Below are positions 21,511 through 30,372 of a stretch of DNA of 64,000 nucleotides, piece by piece (the stretch's first letter is position 1; every line of letters starts with the position of its first letter). The translations under genes and the position numbers were made by a program. The notes under the pieces are model-generated. The model saw only the letters and a program-made list of their open reading frames with translations. It had not been told where the DNA came from and searched no databases. Source of the stretch: an uncultured Aliarcobacter sp. Lineage in GTDB: Bacteria; Campylobacterota; Campylobacteria; Campylobacterales; Arcobacteraceae. Location of the stretch: assembly GCA_963664305.2 (NCBI GenBank), contig CAXXLV010000002.1, forward strand, positions 640,001-704,000, given 5' to 3'.

Positions 21511-21601
21511 TTGAAATCCTTGTACTTTTTTAAAGAAATATTATCTAAATGTCACAAAAACTTGATAGAATTTCTATATAAATGAGTTAAAAAGGAAATA
21601 T

Positions 21602-22216
21602 TTGAACTGGTTAGCACATGTATTTTTATCAGAATTAAATGTTGATTTTCAAATGGGAAATTTTCTAGCAGACCCATTAAAAGGAAAAGTTTGGGAAAAT
21701 GCAACTCTTGAAATAAAAAAAGGTATGGAAACACATAAAATAATTGATTCATATACTGATTCTCACGAAATTACATCATTAAGTAAAAAAAGATTAAGAG
21801 AAAGAGGTTTATTAAAACCTGTAATTATTGACTTGACTTATGATTATCTTTTGACAAAAAACTGGGATAAGTTTTGTAATATCCCTTTAAAAATCTTTTC
21901 AAATAATTTTTACAATGAAGCTTACAAACGAACTCCATTTATGCCTTATGTTGCAAATATACCAATAGCAAATATGATAGAAAGAGATTTACTAAACAAA
22001 TATCACACTATGAATCAACTAAAAACCTCTTTTGATAGAATGGATAGAAGATTATCTCCTAGACTTTTACAAAGAGAAACCGCAAGTGGTTATTCAAATG
22101 CTGTAGTTGAAAATATTAACCATTTAGAAAAGGATTTTTTAGAGTTTTTTCCTGAACTTTGTAAAACTCTAAAAAGTAATTTGGATAAAGAAAAATTAAA
22201 ACACTGGAGATTATAG
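21602..22216 (+). CDS. acpH: Acyl carrier protein phosphodiesterase
   Basis: MNWLAH, GNFLAD, HKIIDSYTD and DLTYDY motifs. Confidence 0.85.
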   Translation: MNWLAHVFLSELNVDFQMGNFLADPLKGKVWENATLEIKKGMETHKIIDSYTDSHEITSLSKKRLRERGLLKPVIIDLTYDYLLTKNWDKFCNIPLKIFSNNFYNEAYKRTPFMPYVANIPIANMIERDLLNKYHTMNQLKTSFDRMDRRLSPRLLQRETASGYSNAVVENINHLEKDFLEFFPELCKTLKSNLDKEKLKHWRL

Positions 22217-22708
22217 ATGAAAAAGTTATTTTTGATAAGACACGCAAAATCTTCTTGGGAAAATTTAAATCTTGATGATTTTGATAGACCTTTAAATAAA
22301 AGAGGTGAAAAAGATGCACCGTTTATGGCTCTTATATTAAAAGAAAAAAATATCATACCAGATTTGATAATCTCCTCTCCAGCTCTTCGAACAAAACTAA
22401 CAGCAGAAATAATCGCAGAAAAAATTGGCTTTATTGATAAGATAAGTTTTGATAAAACTATTTATGAAGCACCTTTATGTAATTTAAAAAAAGTTGTACA
22501 TAACATTGATGATTCTTTTAATACTATCTTTTTTGTTGGGCATAATCCTGGACTTTGTGATTTAGCAAATTTTTTATGTGATATAGATATAGAAAATATC
22601 CCTACATGTGCTATTTTAGAAATCGATTTTGATACAAAATCATGGAAAGATATATCAAAAGAAAATTCAACTTTAATCTCTTTTGAATCACCCAAAAAGT
22701 ATAAATAA
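22217..22708 (+). CDS. sixA: SixA-type phosphohistidine phosphatase
   Basis: RHAKS, RPLNKRG, SSPALR and VGHNP motifs. Confidence 0.88.
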   Translation: MKKLFLIRHAKSSWENLNLDDFDRPLNKRGEKDAPFMALILKEKNIIPDLIISSPALRTKLTAEIIAEKIGFIDKISFDKTIYEAPLCNLKKVVHNIDDSFNTIFFVGHNPGLCDLANFLCDIDIENIPTCAILEIDFDTKSWKDISKENSTLISFESPKKYK

Positions 22709-22712
22709 GAAT

Positions 22713-23672
22713 TTATACTTTTTTACTTCTTCTAACTAATAAATATACAAAAAATGGCGCTCCTATAAAAGCTGTTACCACACCTATTGGAAGGCTTGAA
22801 TCTGTATTTAAATTACGTGAAAGTAAATCAGAAAATACTAAAAAAATACCTCCAAAGAAAAATACAGGGAAAAATAGTTTATCGGCACTTTGTTTATAAA
22901 CAAGTTTAATAATATGAGGAATAATAAGCCCTATAAAACCTATAGGTCCAACAAAACTAATACTTATACCAACACTTAAAGATACGACAATAAGTAATAA
23001 AATATTTATCTTATGTACATTTAGACCTTTTAAAAATGCTGTATCATTACAGATTAAAAGTAGTTTTATTTTTTCTTTATTAAAATGCACAACTGCATAA
23101 AATATAAAACTAACTATCATAACAACAATTCCACTTGTAAAACCAACTGTATCTAAACTTCCAAGTGTAAATCTAACTATTGAGTAGTTTTCTTGTAAAT
23201 TACTCATATAAAAAACAAGCATTAAAGCTGAACTATAAAAATATGATAAAGCTATTCCTATAAGTAAAATAGAGTTTGTTGAAACTGCTATCGCACTTTT
23301 ATTTATTTGTTTTGAAATAAAATATAAAATTAAAATCGTAATTATTGAGCCAAAAACAGATGAAACACTCATATAAAGAGCAGGAAAAAATACTATTGAA
23401 ATAGCTGTAAAAAGTGTCGTTCCACTTGCAATTCCTAAAGTATATGGAGTTATTAACTGATTTTTAAAAATGATTTGAAATATTAATCCCCCAAGAGCTA
23501 ATATTCCACCAACAAAAAAAGCTAAAACAACTCTAGAAACTCTTAAATCCCAAAATATTGTATATGTTGTTGAAGTTGGCTCAAAAATATCTTTTAGTGA
23601 TATTGATATTTCTCCTAAAAAAGGAGCAATACAAACTATGATAATACTGATTAAATATAAAAATATTTTCAT
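22713..23672 (-). CDS. FecCD/BtuC family ABC permease
   Basis: LRVSR, PYTLGIASG, GPIGFIGLIIPH, LPIGVVTAFIGAP. Confidence 0.92.
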   Translation of the reverse strand: MKIFLYLISIIIVCIAPFLGEISISLKDIFEPTSTTYTIFWDLRVSRVVLAFFVGGILALGGLIFQIIFKNQLITPYTLGIASGTTLFTAISIVFFPALYMSVSSVFGSIITILILYFISKQINKSAIAVSTNSILLIGIALSYFYSSALMLVFYMSNLQENYSIVRFTLGSLDTVGFTSGIVVMIVSFIFYAVVHFNKEKIKLLLICNDTAFLKGLNVHKINILLLIVVSLSVGISISFVGPIGFIGLIIPHIIKLVYKQSADKLFFPVFFFGGIFLVFSDLLSRNLNTDSSLPIGVVTAFIGAPFFVYLLVRRSKKV

Positions 23673-24367
23673 AAATTTACCACCAAATGATTATCAAGTT
23701 TCATGATTGTATTATTATAAAATCTTTTTAAATTTTCATTTGAGAAGAACTCATCATGTTCTCCAAAAAATTCAATTATTCCATCATTTAAAAATAAAAC
23801 TTTATATTTTAAAGCATAAGCTAAATCAAGATTGTGAGTGATAATAATTTTTTGTTCTAGTAAATCAGAATTTAAAATATCAAAAACCTCTTTTAATCGA
23901 CTAATATCTAAATTTGCAGTTAATTCATCAAAAATTGTAATTTTTGCATTGTGCATTATTGCACTAGCCAATAATAAAAGTTGTTTTTCTCCTGAACTAA
24001 AAGACTTACAATGTTTATGTTCTAGTTTCTTTAGATTTAAAAGTTTTATTATTTCATCTATTTTTTGAATATTTACACTATCTATAAAAGATAATTCTAA
24101 AAATTCTCTTAGTGTCACATATTCATCAAAAATAGAGAGTTTTGGCGGAATATAATTGATATATAAAGCTCGTTTAAAATCACTAATTTTAGATAAATTT
24201 TCTCCAAAAAGTTCTACTTTATCATTTGTTATTAAATTTGACAGAACTTTTGCAAGGGTTGATTTTCCAGCTCCATTTTCACCAAGAATTATCAAATTTT
24301 CTTTCTCTTTTAATAAAAAAGAGATTTCATGTAAAATAGAACTATTGTAATTATTTATCTCTAACAT
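23669..24367 (-). CDS. ABC transporter ATP-binding protein (BtuD-like)
   Basis: GENGAGKST, FSSGEKQ, FDE, THNL. Confidence 0.92.
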   Translation of the reverse strand: MLEINNYNSSILHEISFLLKEKENLIILGENGAGKSTLAKVLSNLITNDKVELFGENLSKISDFKRALYINYIPPKLSIFDEYVTLREFLELSFIDSVNIQKIDEIIKLLNLKKLEHKHCKSFSSGEKQLLLLASAIMHNAKITIFDELTANLDISRLKEVFDILNSDLLEQKIIITHNLDLAYALKYKVLFLNDGIIEFFGEHDEFFSNENLKRFYNNTIMKLDNHLVVNL

Positions 24368-25175
24368 TTTCTAATATCTTTTTAAAATCTTTTATAAAAA
24401 ACTCTACTCTTTGGCTAGGAATTCCAGCGTATAGTTTATCAACAGCATAAATGTTATCATTTTTTGAAGCATTTATAGGTAGTTGTTTCCAAGCATTTAT
24501 TATCTCTTTTTGTTCTTCAATTTTTCCATCTAAAAATGGAGCTAAAAGAACTATAACATCTGGATTCATGTTTATAATCTTTTCAGTATTTACAACAGGT
24601 TGTGCAGGATTTTCTGAATTATAAGCATTTTGATTTCCACTTGCTTTGATAATATCTTCAAAATATAAAAAATTTCCAGTTACATAAATCTGATTTGATA
24701 ATGATTTTTTTGGACTAATTACAACTAATATCTTTTTATTTTCAATAATTGAATTCAAAGAAGACAAAGCATTATCAATATTTGATACTAATTCCTTTGC
24801 TCTTTCCGTTTTGTTGAAAAAACTACCTAAATCAAGGATAGTATTTTTTATTGATGAGATTGTATTTGTTTTATAAATCAAAGTTTTTATACCCAAAGCT
24901 TTTAAATTTGAGTTTAATTTTTCATCATAATCTTGTCCAATTACAACTGTTGGTTTTAATTCAAGCACTTTTTCCAAAGAGATATTGTTATAACCTCCAA
25001 TTTTTGGAAGATTTTTTGATTCTTCTGGAAAATCACAATGTTTAGTATTTGCTACAACATTTTCACCAATACCTAAAGCAAATACAATCTCATTTATAGA
25101 AGGTGAGAGAGTAACTATTCTCTCACTTCCTAATAAATTTACACAAAAAATAAGTATAAATAAAAAAAATTTCAT
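24351..25175 (-). CDS. Periplasmic binding protein, helical-backbone class (BtuF-like)
   Basis: RIVTLSPSINEIVFALG, CDFP, EKVLELKP. Confidence 0.88.
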   Translation of the reverse strand: MKFFLFILIFCVNLLGSERIVTLSPSINEIVFALGIGENVVANTKHCDFPEESKNLPKIGGYNNISLEKVLELKPTVVIGQDYDEKLNSNLKALGIKTLIYKTNTISSIKNTILDLGSFFNKTERAKELVSNIDNALSSLNSIIENKKILVVISPKKSLSNQIYVTGNFLYFEDIIKASGNQNAYNSENPAQPVVNTEKIINMNPDVIVLLAPFLDGKIEEQKEIINAWKQLPINASKNDNIYAVDKLYAGIPSQRVEFFIKDFKKILENVRDK

Positions 25176-25176
25176 A

Positions 25177-27078
25177 TTAGAAACTAGCCTTTAATCCTAT
25201 ATAAGCACTTCTTTCAGCAGTTGCATAACCATCAATTGTTTGATAGTATTTATCAAAGATATTATCAACTTTTAAATATGCTTTGTAAGTTTTGTTTATA
25301 TCATAATTTATCACAGAATTCCAAATTGTATATTCTCCTGTTTTAACACCTGATTTGTCATCACTAGCATACATTGCACTCGTATATTGACCATTTATAT
25401 TAAAGTGAAAATCTTTAATTCCGTAATAATCAACACCATATCTTAATTGTTTTTTTGGACTTCTTCTTAAATCCTGATTATCATCATTTTCAGCTTTAAG
25501 ATGAGTATAACTTACATTTGCAATAGTATCATCTAAAAGTTCATGTTTATATGATGCTTCGTAACCTTTTAGTGCAGTTTCTCCATTTAGATTTTCATAT
25601 TTTTTAGTTGTTGAATTATAATCTATCATATCATTTATTTTATTATTAAAATATGTTAATCCTAAACCTTTATATTCTAAATTAACATCAAATGATTTTG
25701 TTTTTTCTGGATTAATATTTTCACTTCCATATTCTGAATATAAATTATATAAAGTTGGAACATTGTATGCTGTACCATAGTTAGAAGAAACATTAAAATC
25801 ATCAGTAATAAAATGTTTAAGTCCAACTTTTCCTGTTGTTTTATCTTCAAATTTATTATAGTAATCAGCTCTTAAAGACTGAGTAAAAATTGTATTATCA
25901 AAAAATTTATTGCTATTTGTTACAAATAATGCTTTATTGTTATACTCTTTATTTATATCACTTTTATATTCTGATAATTTATAATCTCCTCCAACAATTA
26001 AAGAAGAAGTATCATTTAAATAAGGAATTGTTGATTTAACACCAAATTCGTCTAATGTACCATCAAATTCATTTTTTGTAGAAAGAGTCTTTCCATTATT
26101 TACTCCACCTGTATATGATTGAATATAGTTATATTCTCTATCAAAAACTGATCTATTTGCATAAACATCTATTTGATTAAAACTATTTACATGATTAAAA
26201 TTTACAGAAGAAAAAGTATCTTGTGTTTTTGAATAGTATGAGTCATTATCTGCTTTTTGTGTTGCTGTATCTGTACAAGAATAATATCCTCCAAATGATG
26301 TTTTCCAAGTACTATTTCCACAGCCATCATATTCATTTCTTGCATTGATTAAAGTATGTGATAAATCTATTTTATTTGAATCATCAAATTCATATCCAAA
26401 TTTTACATTCGCAGTAATATTTTCATAGCCATCATCTTCTAAATATTCATTTTTTATTCCCTTTGGTGCTTGAGCAGTAAATCCATTCGTATCTAAAGTA
26501 CTAACTGAACCTTTTAAATAATATTTTTTTTCTTTATAAGATAATTCTGTATTTAATTTTTTCGTATCATAAGAACCATATTCTGCGTTTACACTTCCAT
26601 GAAACCCATTTTCAGCATTTTTAGTAATAATATTAATAACACCTGCACTAGCATCTGCTCCCCATACTCCACTTTGAGCACCTTTTACTACTTCTATTCT
26701 TTCAATGTTACTTATCATTAAATGTTCAAAAGGAGCACCACTTGTTCCTGTTACATCATTAACTCTTATTCCATCAATTAAAACTAATACTCTTTTTGTA
26801 TCAAATCCTCTTAGTTTTACAGAACTTGCTGTCCCTAATCCACCATTATTAATAATATTCATTCCAGCAAGGGTATTTAAAGCCTCTGTAACAGAAGTAA
26901 AATGTCTTTCTTCTATCTCTTCTTTTGTAATAACTTCAACATTTGAAGTAACATCTTTGATTGATTGTTCTGATTTTGTAGCACTTGTAACTGTGATTGT
27001 TTCTAAGTTTTGAGCTGAAAAAAGGTTTGTTGCTAAAAGAAAGCTTGCAACTAAGCTAATAGATAAATTTTTTTGCAT
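25177..27078 (-). CDS. btuB: TonB-dependent receptor, BtuB-like
   Basis: TonB box ETITVT; plug motifs NGGLG...LRG and RIEVVKGAQS; C-terminal Phe; heads a BtuF/D/C-like operon near cbiA. Substrate is inferred. Confidence 0.7.
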   Translation of the reverse strand: MQKNLSISLVASFLLATNLFSAQNLETITVTSATKSEQSIKDVTSNVEVITKEEIEERHFTSVTEALNTLAGMNIINNGGLGTASSVKLRGFDTKRVLVLIDGIRVNDVTGTSGAPFEHLMISNIERIEVVKGAQSGVWGADASAGVINIITKNAENGFHGSVNAEYGSYDTKKLNTELSYKEKKYYLKGSVSTLDTNGFTAQAPKGIKNEYLEDDGYENITANVKFGYEFDDSNKIDLSHTLINARNEYDGCGNSTWKTSFGGYYSCTDTATQKADNDSYYSKTQDTFSSVNFNHVNSFNQIDVYANRSVFDREYNYIQSYTGGVNNGKTLSTKNEFDGTLDEFGVKSTIPYLNDTSSLIVGGDYKLSEYKSDINKEYNNKALFVTNSNKFFDNTIFTQSLRADYYNKFEDKTTGKVGLKHFITDDFNVSSNYGTAYNVPTLYNLYSEYGSENINPEKTKSFDVNLEYKGLGLTYFNNKINDMIDYNSTTKKYENLNGETALKGYEASYKHELLDDTIANVSYTHLKAENDDNQDLRRSPKKQLRYGVDYYGIKDFHFNINGQYTSAMYASDDKSGVKTGEYTIWNSVINYDINKTYKAYLKVDNIFDKYYQTIDGYATAERSAYIGLKASF

Positions 27079-27101
27079 TTTTTATTTTCCTAAATTTTTA
27101 T

Positions 27102-27281
27102 TTATATGTTATTTGTTGAATATAATTTCATTGGTTTTAATTGTTTATGTAACAAGATTTTAGTAATTTCTGGCACTTTTGATAAAACAGAATGAATCAT
27201 ACAATTAAGAGATTCTAATTTTCTATTTACAGTTGCAGCTAAAATACCAAAAAAACTGAAGTATTTTTTCTTTTTAACCAT
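27102..27281 (-). CDS. 59-aa leader ORF upstream of btuB, overlapping cobalamin-riboswitch-like fragments
   Basis: SD AAGGAGGA 4 nt before ATG 27281; MVKKKKYFSFFGILAATVNRKLESLNCMIHSVLSKVPEITKILLHKQLKPMKLYSTNNI; ends 23 nt before btuB. Confidence 0.55.
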   Translation of the reverse strand: MVKKKKYFSFFGILAATVNRKLESLNCMIHSVLSKVPEITKILLHKQLKPMKLYSTNNI

Positions 27282-27317
27282 TTTGTCCTCCTTTATAAAA
27301 TTTAATTATTGATTGTT

Positions 27318-28028
27318 TTAAATATGACAATTTAGAATAGATTTTGTTGGATCAGTTAAATATTCATAACCAATATATCCTATATATATTCCAAATGCAA
27401 TTACTAAAATTGAAGCTAGTTTGATAAACAAATCTCTTAAATTTGATTGTTTGAAAAGTCCAATAAAAAATCCAAGAGAAAAAAGTGCAGGTATTGTACT
27501 AAGTCCAAAAATAAACATAACAAAAGCACCCCAAAATGCACTTCCTGTACTAGCTGCTGTTATTGCAAAAACATACACAAAACCACATGGAAGTAGTCCA
27601 TTTAACATACCTAAAAGATAAAAACTAAATAGAGAATCTGAACCTAAAAGTGATTTAAATGTTTTTTGATAAAGGCTTGATTTTGAGCAACTATGTTCAA
27701 GTATTGTTAAAAATTTGATTTTCCCAAGAAGTGAAAGTCCAACTAAAACCATCATAAAACCAGTTATTAGTAAAAATATTCCACTTGTAAGATTATCAAA
27801 AGTTACAACTCCACCAACAAGACCAAATAAAGCTCCCAATATCATATAAGTTGTAATTCTTCCAAAAGAGTATAATAAATGAGCAATTGCTTGAATTTGT
27901 TTTGACCATTCAGCTTTTATTTTTGTACTTGAATATGCGATTACAATCCCTCCACACATTCCAACACAGTGACCAAATGAACCTAAAAAAGCTATTGAGA
28001 TAATAGTTAAAATACTTATCGTTTCCAT
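27318..28028 (-). CDS. DsbD_2/UreH-like (TauE/SafE-annotated) membrane protein
   Basis: GHCVGMCGG, GRITTY and GLLPCG motifs. Confidence 0.85.
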   Translation of the reverse strand: METISILTIISIAFLGSFGHCVGMCGGIVIAYSSTKIKAEWSKQIQAIAHLLYSFGRITTYMILGALFGLVGGVVTFDNLTSGIFLLITGFMMVLVGLSLLGKIKFLTILEHSCSKSSLYQKTFKSLLGSDSLFSFYLLGMLNGLLPCGFVYVFAITAASTGSAFWGAFVMFIFGLSTIPALFSLGFFIGLFKQSNLRDLFIKLASILVIAFGIYIGYIGYEYLTDPTKSILNCHI

Positions 28029-28531
28029 TATTTACCTAATAACTCTTTTCTATAAACTGGATTTGCCATAGTTTCACCTCGAAGCATTTTTAAGTCCATC
28101 TCTTCAAAAGTAATAAATCCATCTTGTTTATTTTCATATGCACCAAATCCGTATCTCATAGGCGTAGAATCTGTTTTACTATACCAAGCAGTTCTTCCAT
28201 CAATATATTTTTGTGTATCAATAGTTCTAACCCAAATTTTTGCATCATCTTTAAAAGATTTATCTCTTAGCCAATTTGCCATTCCACCATGGTCATGGAA
28301 AAACCAAGTTTTACCATCTGGGGCAACAACTTGAGAAACATAATCCATTTTGTCTATTATCATTCCACAATCACTATCTTGATATTTTCCTAAAACTATA
28401 TCAAGTGGCATGTGAGTAGTATTACCCTCTTTTAAAACAACCATTTGTTTGCTATTTGACATTGATAAAAATATTGTAACAATTATTGCTATTATTAAAA
28501 TTATTGTAAAAAAAGGTAAGATTTTTTTCAT
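28028..28531 (-). CDS. NosL-like membrane-anchored periplasmic protein
   Basis: DSDCGMII and TPMRYGFGAY resemble NosL CxxCGM and TPMG; ATG 28531 has a GGAG SD. Confidence 0.7.
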   Translation of the reverse strand: MKKILPFFTIILIIAIIVTIFLSMSNSKQMVVLKEGNTTHMPLDIVLGKYQDSDCGMIIDKMDYVSQVVAPDGKTWFFHDHGGMANWLRDKSFKDDAKIWVRTIDTQKYIDGRTAWYSKTDSTPMRYGFGAYENKQDGFITFEEMDLKMLRGETMANPVYRKELLGK

Positions 28532-28595
28532 AGAAACTCCCAAAATTTAGCGGTATTATATTCACTTGTATATAAATTTTAGATTATTAAGGCAT

Positions 28596-28711
28596 AAAAA
28601 AAGGCTTTACAGAGGGAAAAACTGTAAAGCCTGTATTCAAATTTACTTCAGAGTATAGGATACAAAATCATATGTATTTAGTAGTAGGAGGATTTAATAC
28701 AAATATCCTAT
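28596..28711 (-). ncRNA. Candidate small RNA with two C/U-rich stem-loops
   Basis: Extended -10 TGtTACTAT (28718-28726); 5' stem AUAGGAUA/UAUCCUAU; terminator AGGCUUUACAG/CUGUAAAGCCU followed by a U-tract. Confidence 0.7.
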
Positions 28712-28832
28712 GAAAGAATAGTAACAGTTCTAATATTAAAATAAGATAAAATTTCTCCTATATTTAAAAAATATTTAACTTTTTACTTATATTTTTCATA
28801 ATATAATAAAAAATACAAAAAAAAGGAATTTA

Positions 28833-29456
28833 ATGCGTCTTATAATGTTTGATATGGACGGAACATTGATTGATAGTGGATATGCAATTACAAATACTAT
28901 AAATTATGTACGAGAAAATTTAGGTTTTGAAAAGTTAGAAAAAAATCATATTTTAGAAAAAGTAAATGACCCAACTATAAACTCAGCAGAGTTTTTTTAT
29001 GGAACAAAAGAGTTTACACAAGAACAAACAAAACTTTTTGAAGAGTATTACAACCAACATTGTTTAAGTGATTTAGTTGTTTATGATGGAATTGCAAAAT
29101 TGATTGAAGATTTAAAAAGTGATTTTACACTTGCAGTTGCAACAAATGCAAACTCAACTTATGCATATAAGATGCTAAATCATGTAGGTTTAGCAAAATA
29201 TTTTTCAACTATTTTAGGATATGACAGTGTAAAAAATCCAAAACCACATCCTGAAATGGTTTATAAAATTTTGGATAAACACAATATTGAAAAACACAAT
29301 GCACAACTAATTGGTGATTCGCATAAAGATATTATGGCTGCTACAAATGCAGGTGTTGATTCAGTTTTAGTTAATTGGGGATTTTCAAATCATGAAAAAG
29401 ATGCAATTGAAACTGTTCAAGAGTTAGAAAATAAAATAAAAGCAAAATTTTACTAA
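28833..29456 (+). CDS. HAD-superfamily hydrolase (phosphoglycolate phosphatase-like)
   Basis: FDMDGTL, ATN, KPHP, IGDS..D. Confidence 0.92.
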   Translation: MRLIMFDMDGTLIDSGYAITNTINYVRENLGFEKLEKNHILEKVNDPTINSAEFFYGTKEFTQEQTKLFEEYYNQHCLSDLVVYDGIAKLIEDLKSDFTLAVATNANSTYAYKMLNHVGLAKYFSTILGYDSVKNPKPHPEMVYKILDKHNIEKHNAQLIGDSHKDIMAATNAGVDSVLVNWGFSNHEKDAIETVQELENKIKAKFY

Positions 29457-29464
29457 GAGCTACT

Positions 29465-29626
29465 ATGTTTGAAAGTATAAAAAATCTCTTTAAAAAAGAA
29501 GAAGTTTTTCCTTGTATTGTTTTTGATGGTAAGATTATTAGATATCTTGACTTAACTCAAAAACAAATAGACAAACTTCAAGAAGAAAATAAAGATTGGA
29601 CTATCACAAAAAAAGAGGAGTGTTAA
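29465..29626 (+). CDS. 53-aa hypothetical protein (below ORF-track cutoff)
   Basis: MFESIKNLFKKEEVFPCIVFDGKIIRYLDLTQKQIDKLQEENKDWTITKKEEC fills the gap between the HAD gene and the convergent pseudouridine synthase. Confidence 0.6.
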   Translation: MFESIKNLFKKEEVFPCIVFDGKIIRYLDLTQKQIDKLQEENKDWTITKKEEC

Positions 29627-30309
29627 AGTTCTATGAACTTATACTCACCCTCTTTTAAATCTTCTACATCAAATCCTGCAAAATTTAATCTATGAAGTTT
29701 AACTACCCTATTTCCAACTGCTGCGAACATTCTTTTTACTTGATGATATTTTCCTTCAACAATTTCAAGTCGTACTTGTGTTGGAGTAATAATTTCAAGC
29801 TTTGCAGGAAGTAAAGGTTTTTTTTCACCATTTAACATAAGCTCTCCACTTGCAAAGATTTGAGCTTCATCACCTTTTAAAGGTTCAGCTAAAGTTGCTT
29901 CATAAACTTTTATAACATCACTTTTAGGGCTTGTTAGTTTATGATTTAAGTCTCCATTATCAGTCAAAATAATTGCTCCTGTTGTATCAACATCAAGTCT
30001 TCCAACAGTTGAGATTTTTGGATTTCTTCTATTCCAACGTTGTGGAATTAAAGAATATATCAAACTTCCTGCGTCGTTATGAGAACAAATAAAACCACTA
30101 GGTTTATTTAATAATATTGTGATTGTTTCAGCATCTATTGGCTCACCATCAATTTTGATATCATCATGATAAGCTTTTAAAGATGGGTCAAAAACTCTTT
30201 TCTCTTTTACTAAAACTTCAAAAATTCTCAAAAATTTCTTTGCTTCACTTCGTGTACAATAACCCAAACTTGACAGATGTGCATCTATTCTTTTATAACT
30301 ATTTGCCAT
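29623..30309 (-). CDS. RsuA-family pseudouridine synthase
   Basis: S4 domain; LNKP, VGRLDVDTTG, EGKYHQVKRM. Confidence 0.92.
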   Translation of the reverse strand: MANSYKRIDAHLSSLGYCTRSEAKKFLRIFEVLVKEKRVFDPSLKAYHDDIKIDGEPIDAETITILLNKPSGFICSHNDAGSLIYSLIPQRWNRRNPKISTVGRLDVDTTGAIILTDNGDLNHKLTSPKSDVIKVYEATLAEPLKGDEAQIFASGELMLNGEKKPLLPAKLEIITPTQVRLEIVEGKYHQVKRMFAAVGNRVVKLHRLNFAGFDVEDLKEGEYKFIEL

Positions 30310-30372
30310 AAATTCCTATCTTTTTCTTTTAAATTGGTCGGATATTAACATTTTTTTCAATAAAATACAAAT

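Noticed and set aside
28600..28723. Plus-strand reading as a CsrA-sponge RNA (GGA loops) or a type I toxin mRNA
   Set aside because: The U-tract and extended -10 are on the minus strand, and the only ATG after GGAGG gives MKE-stop
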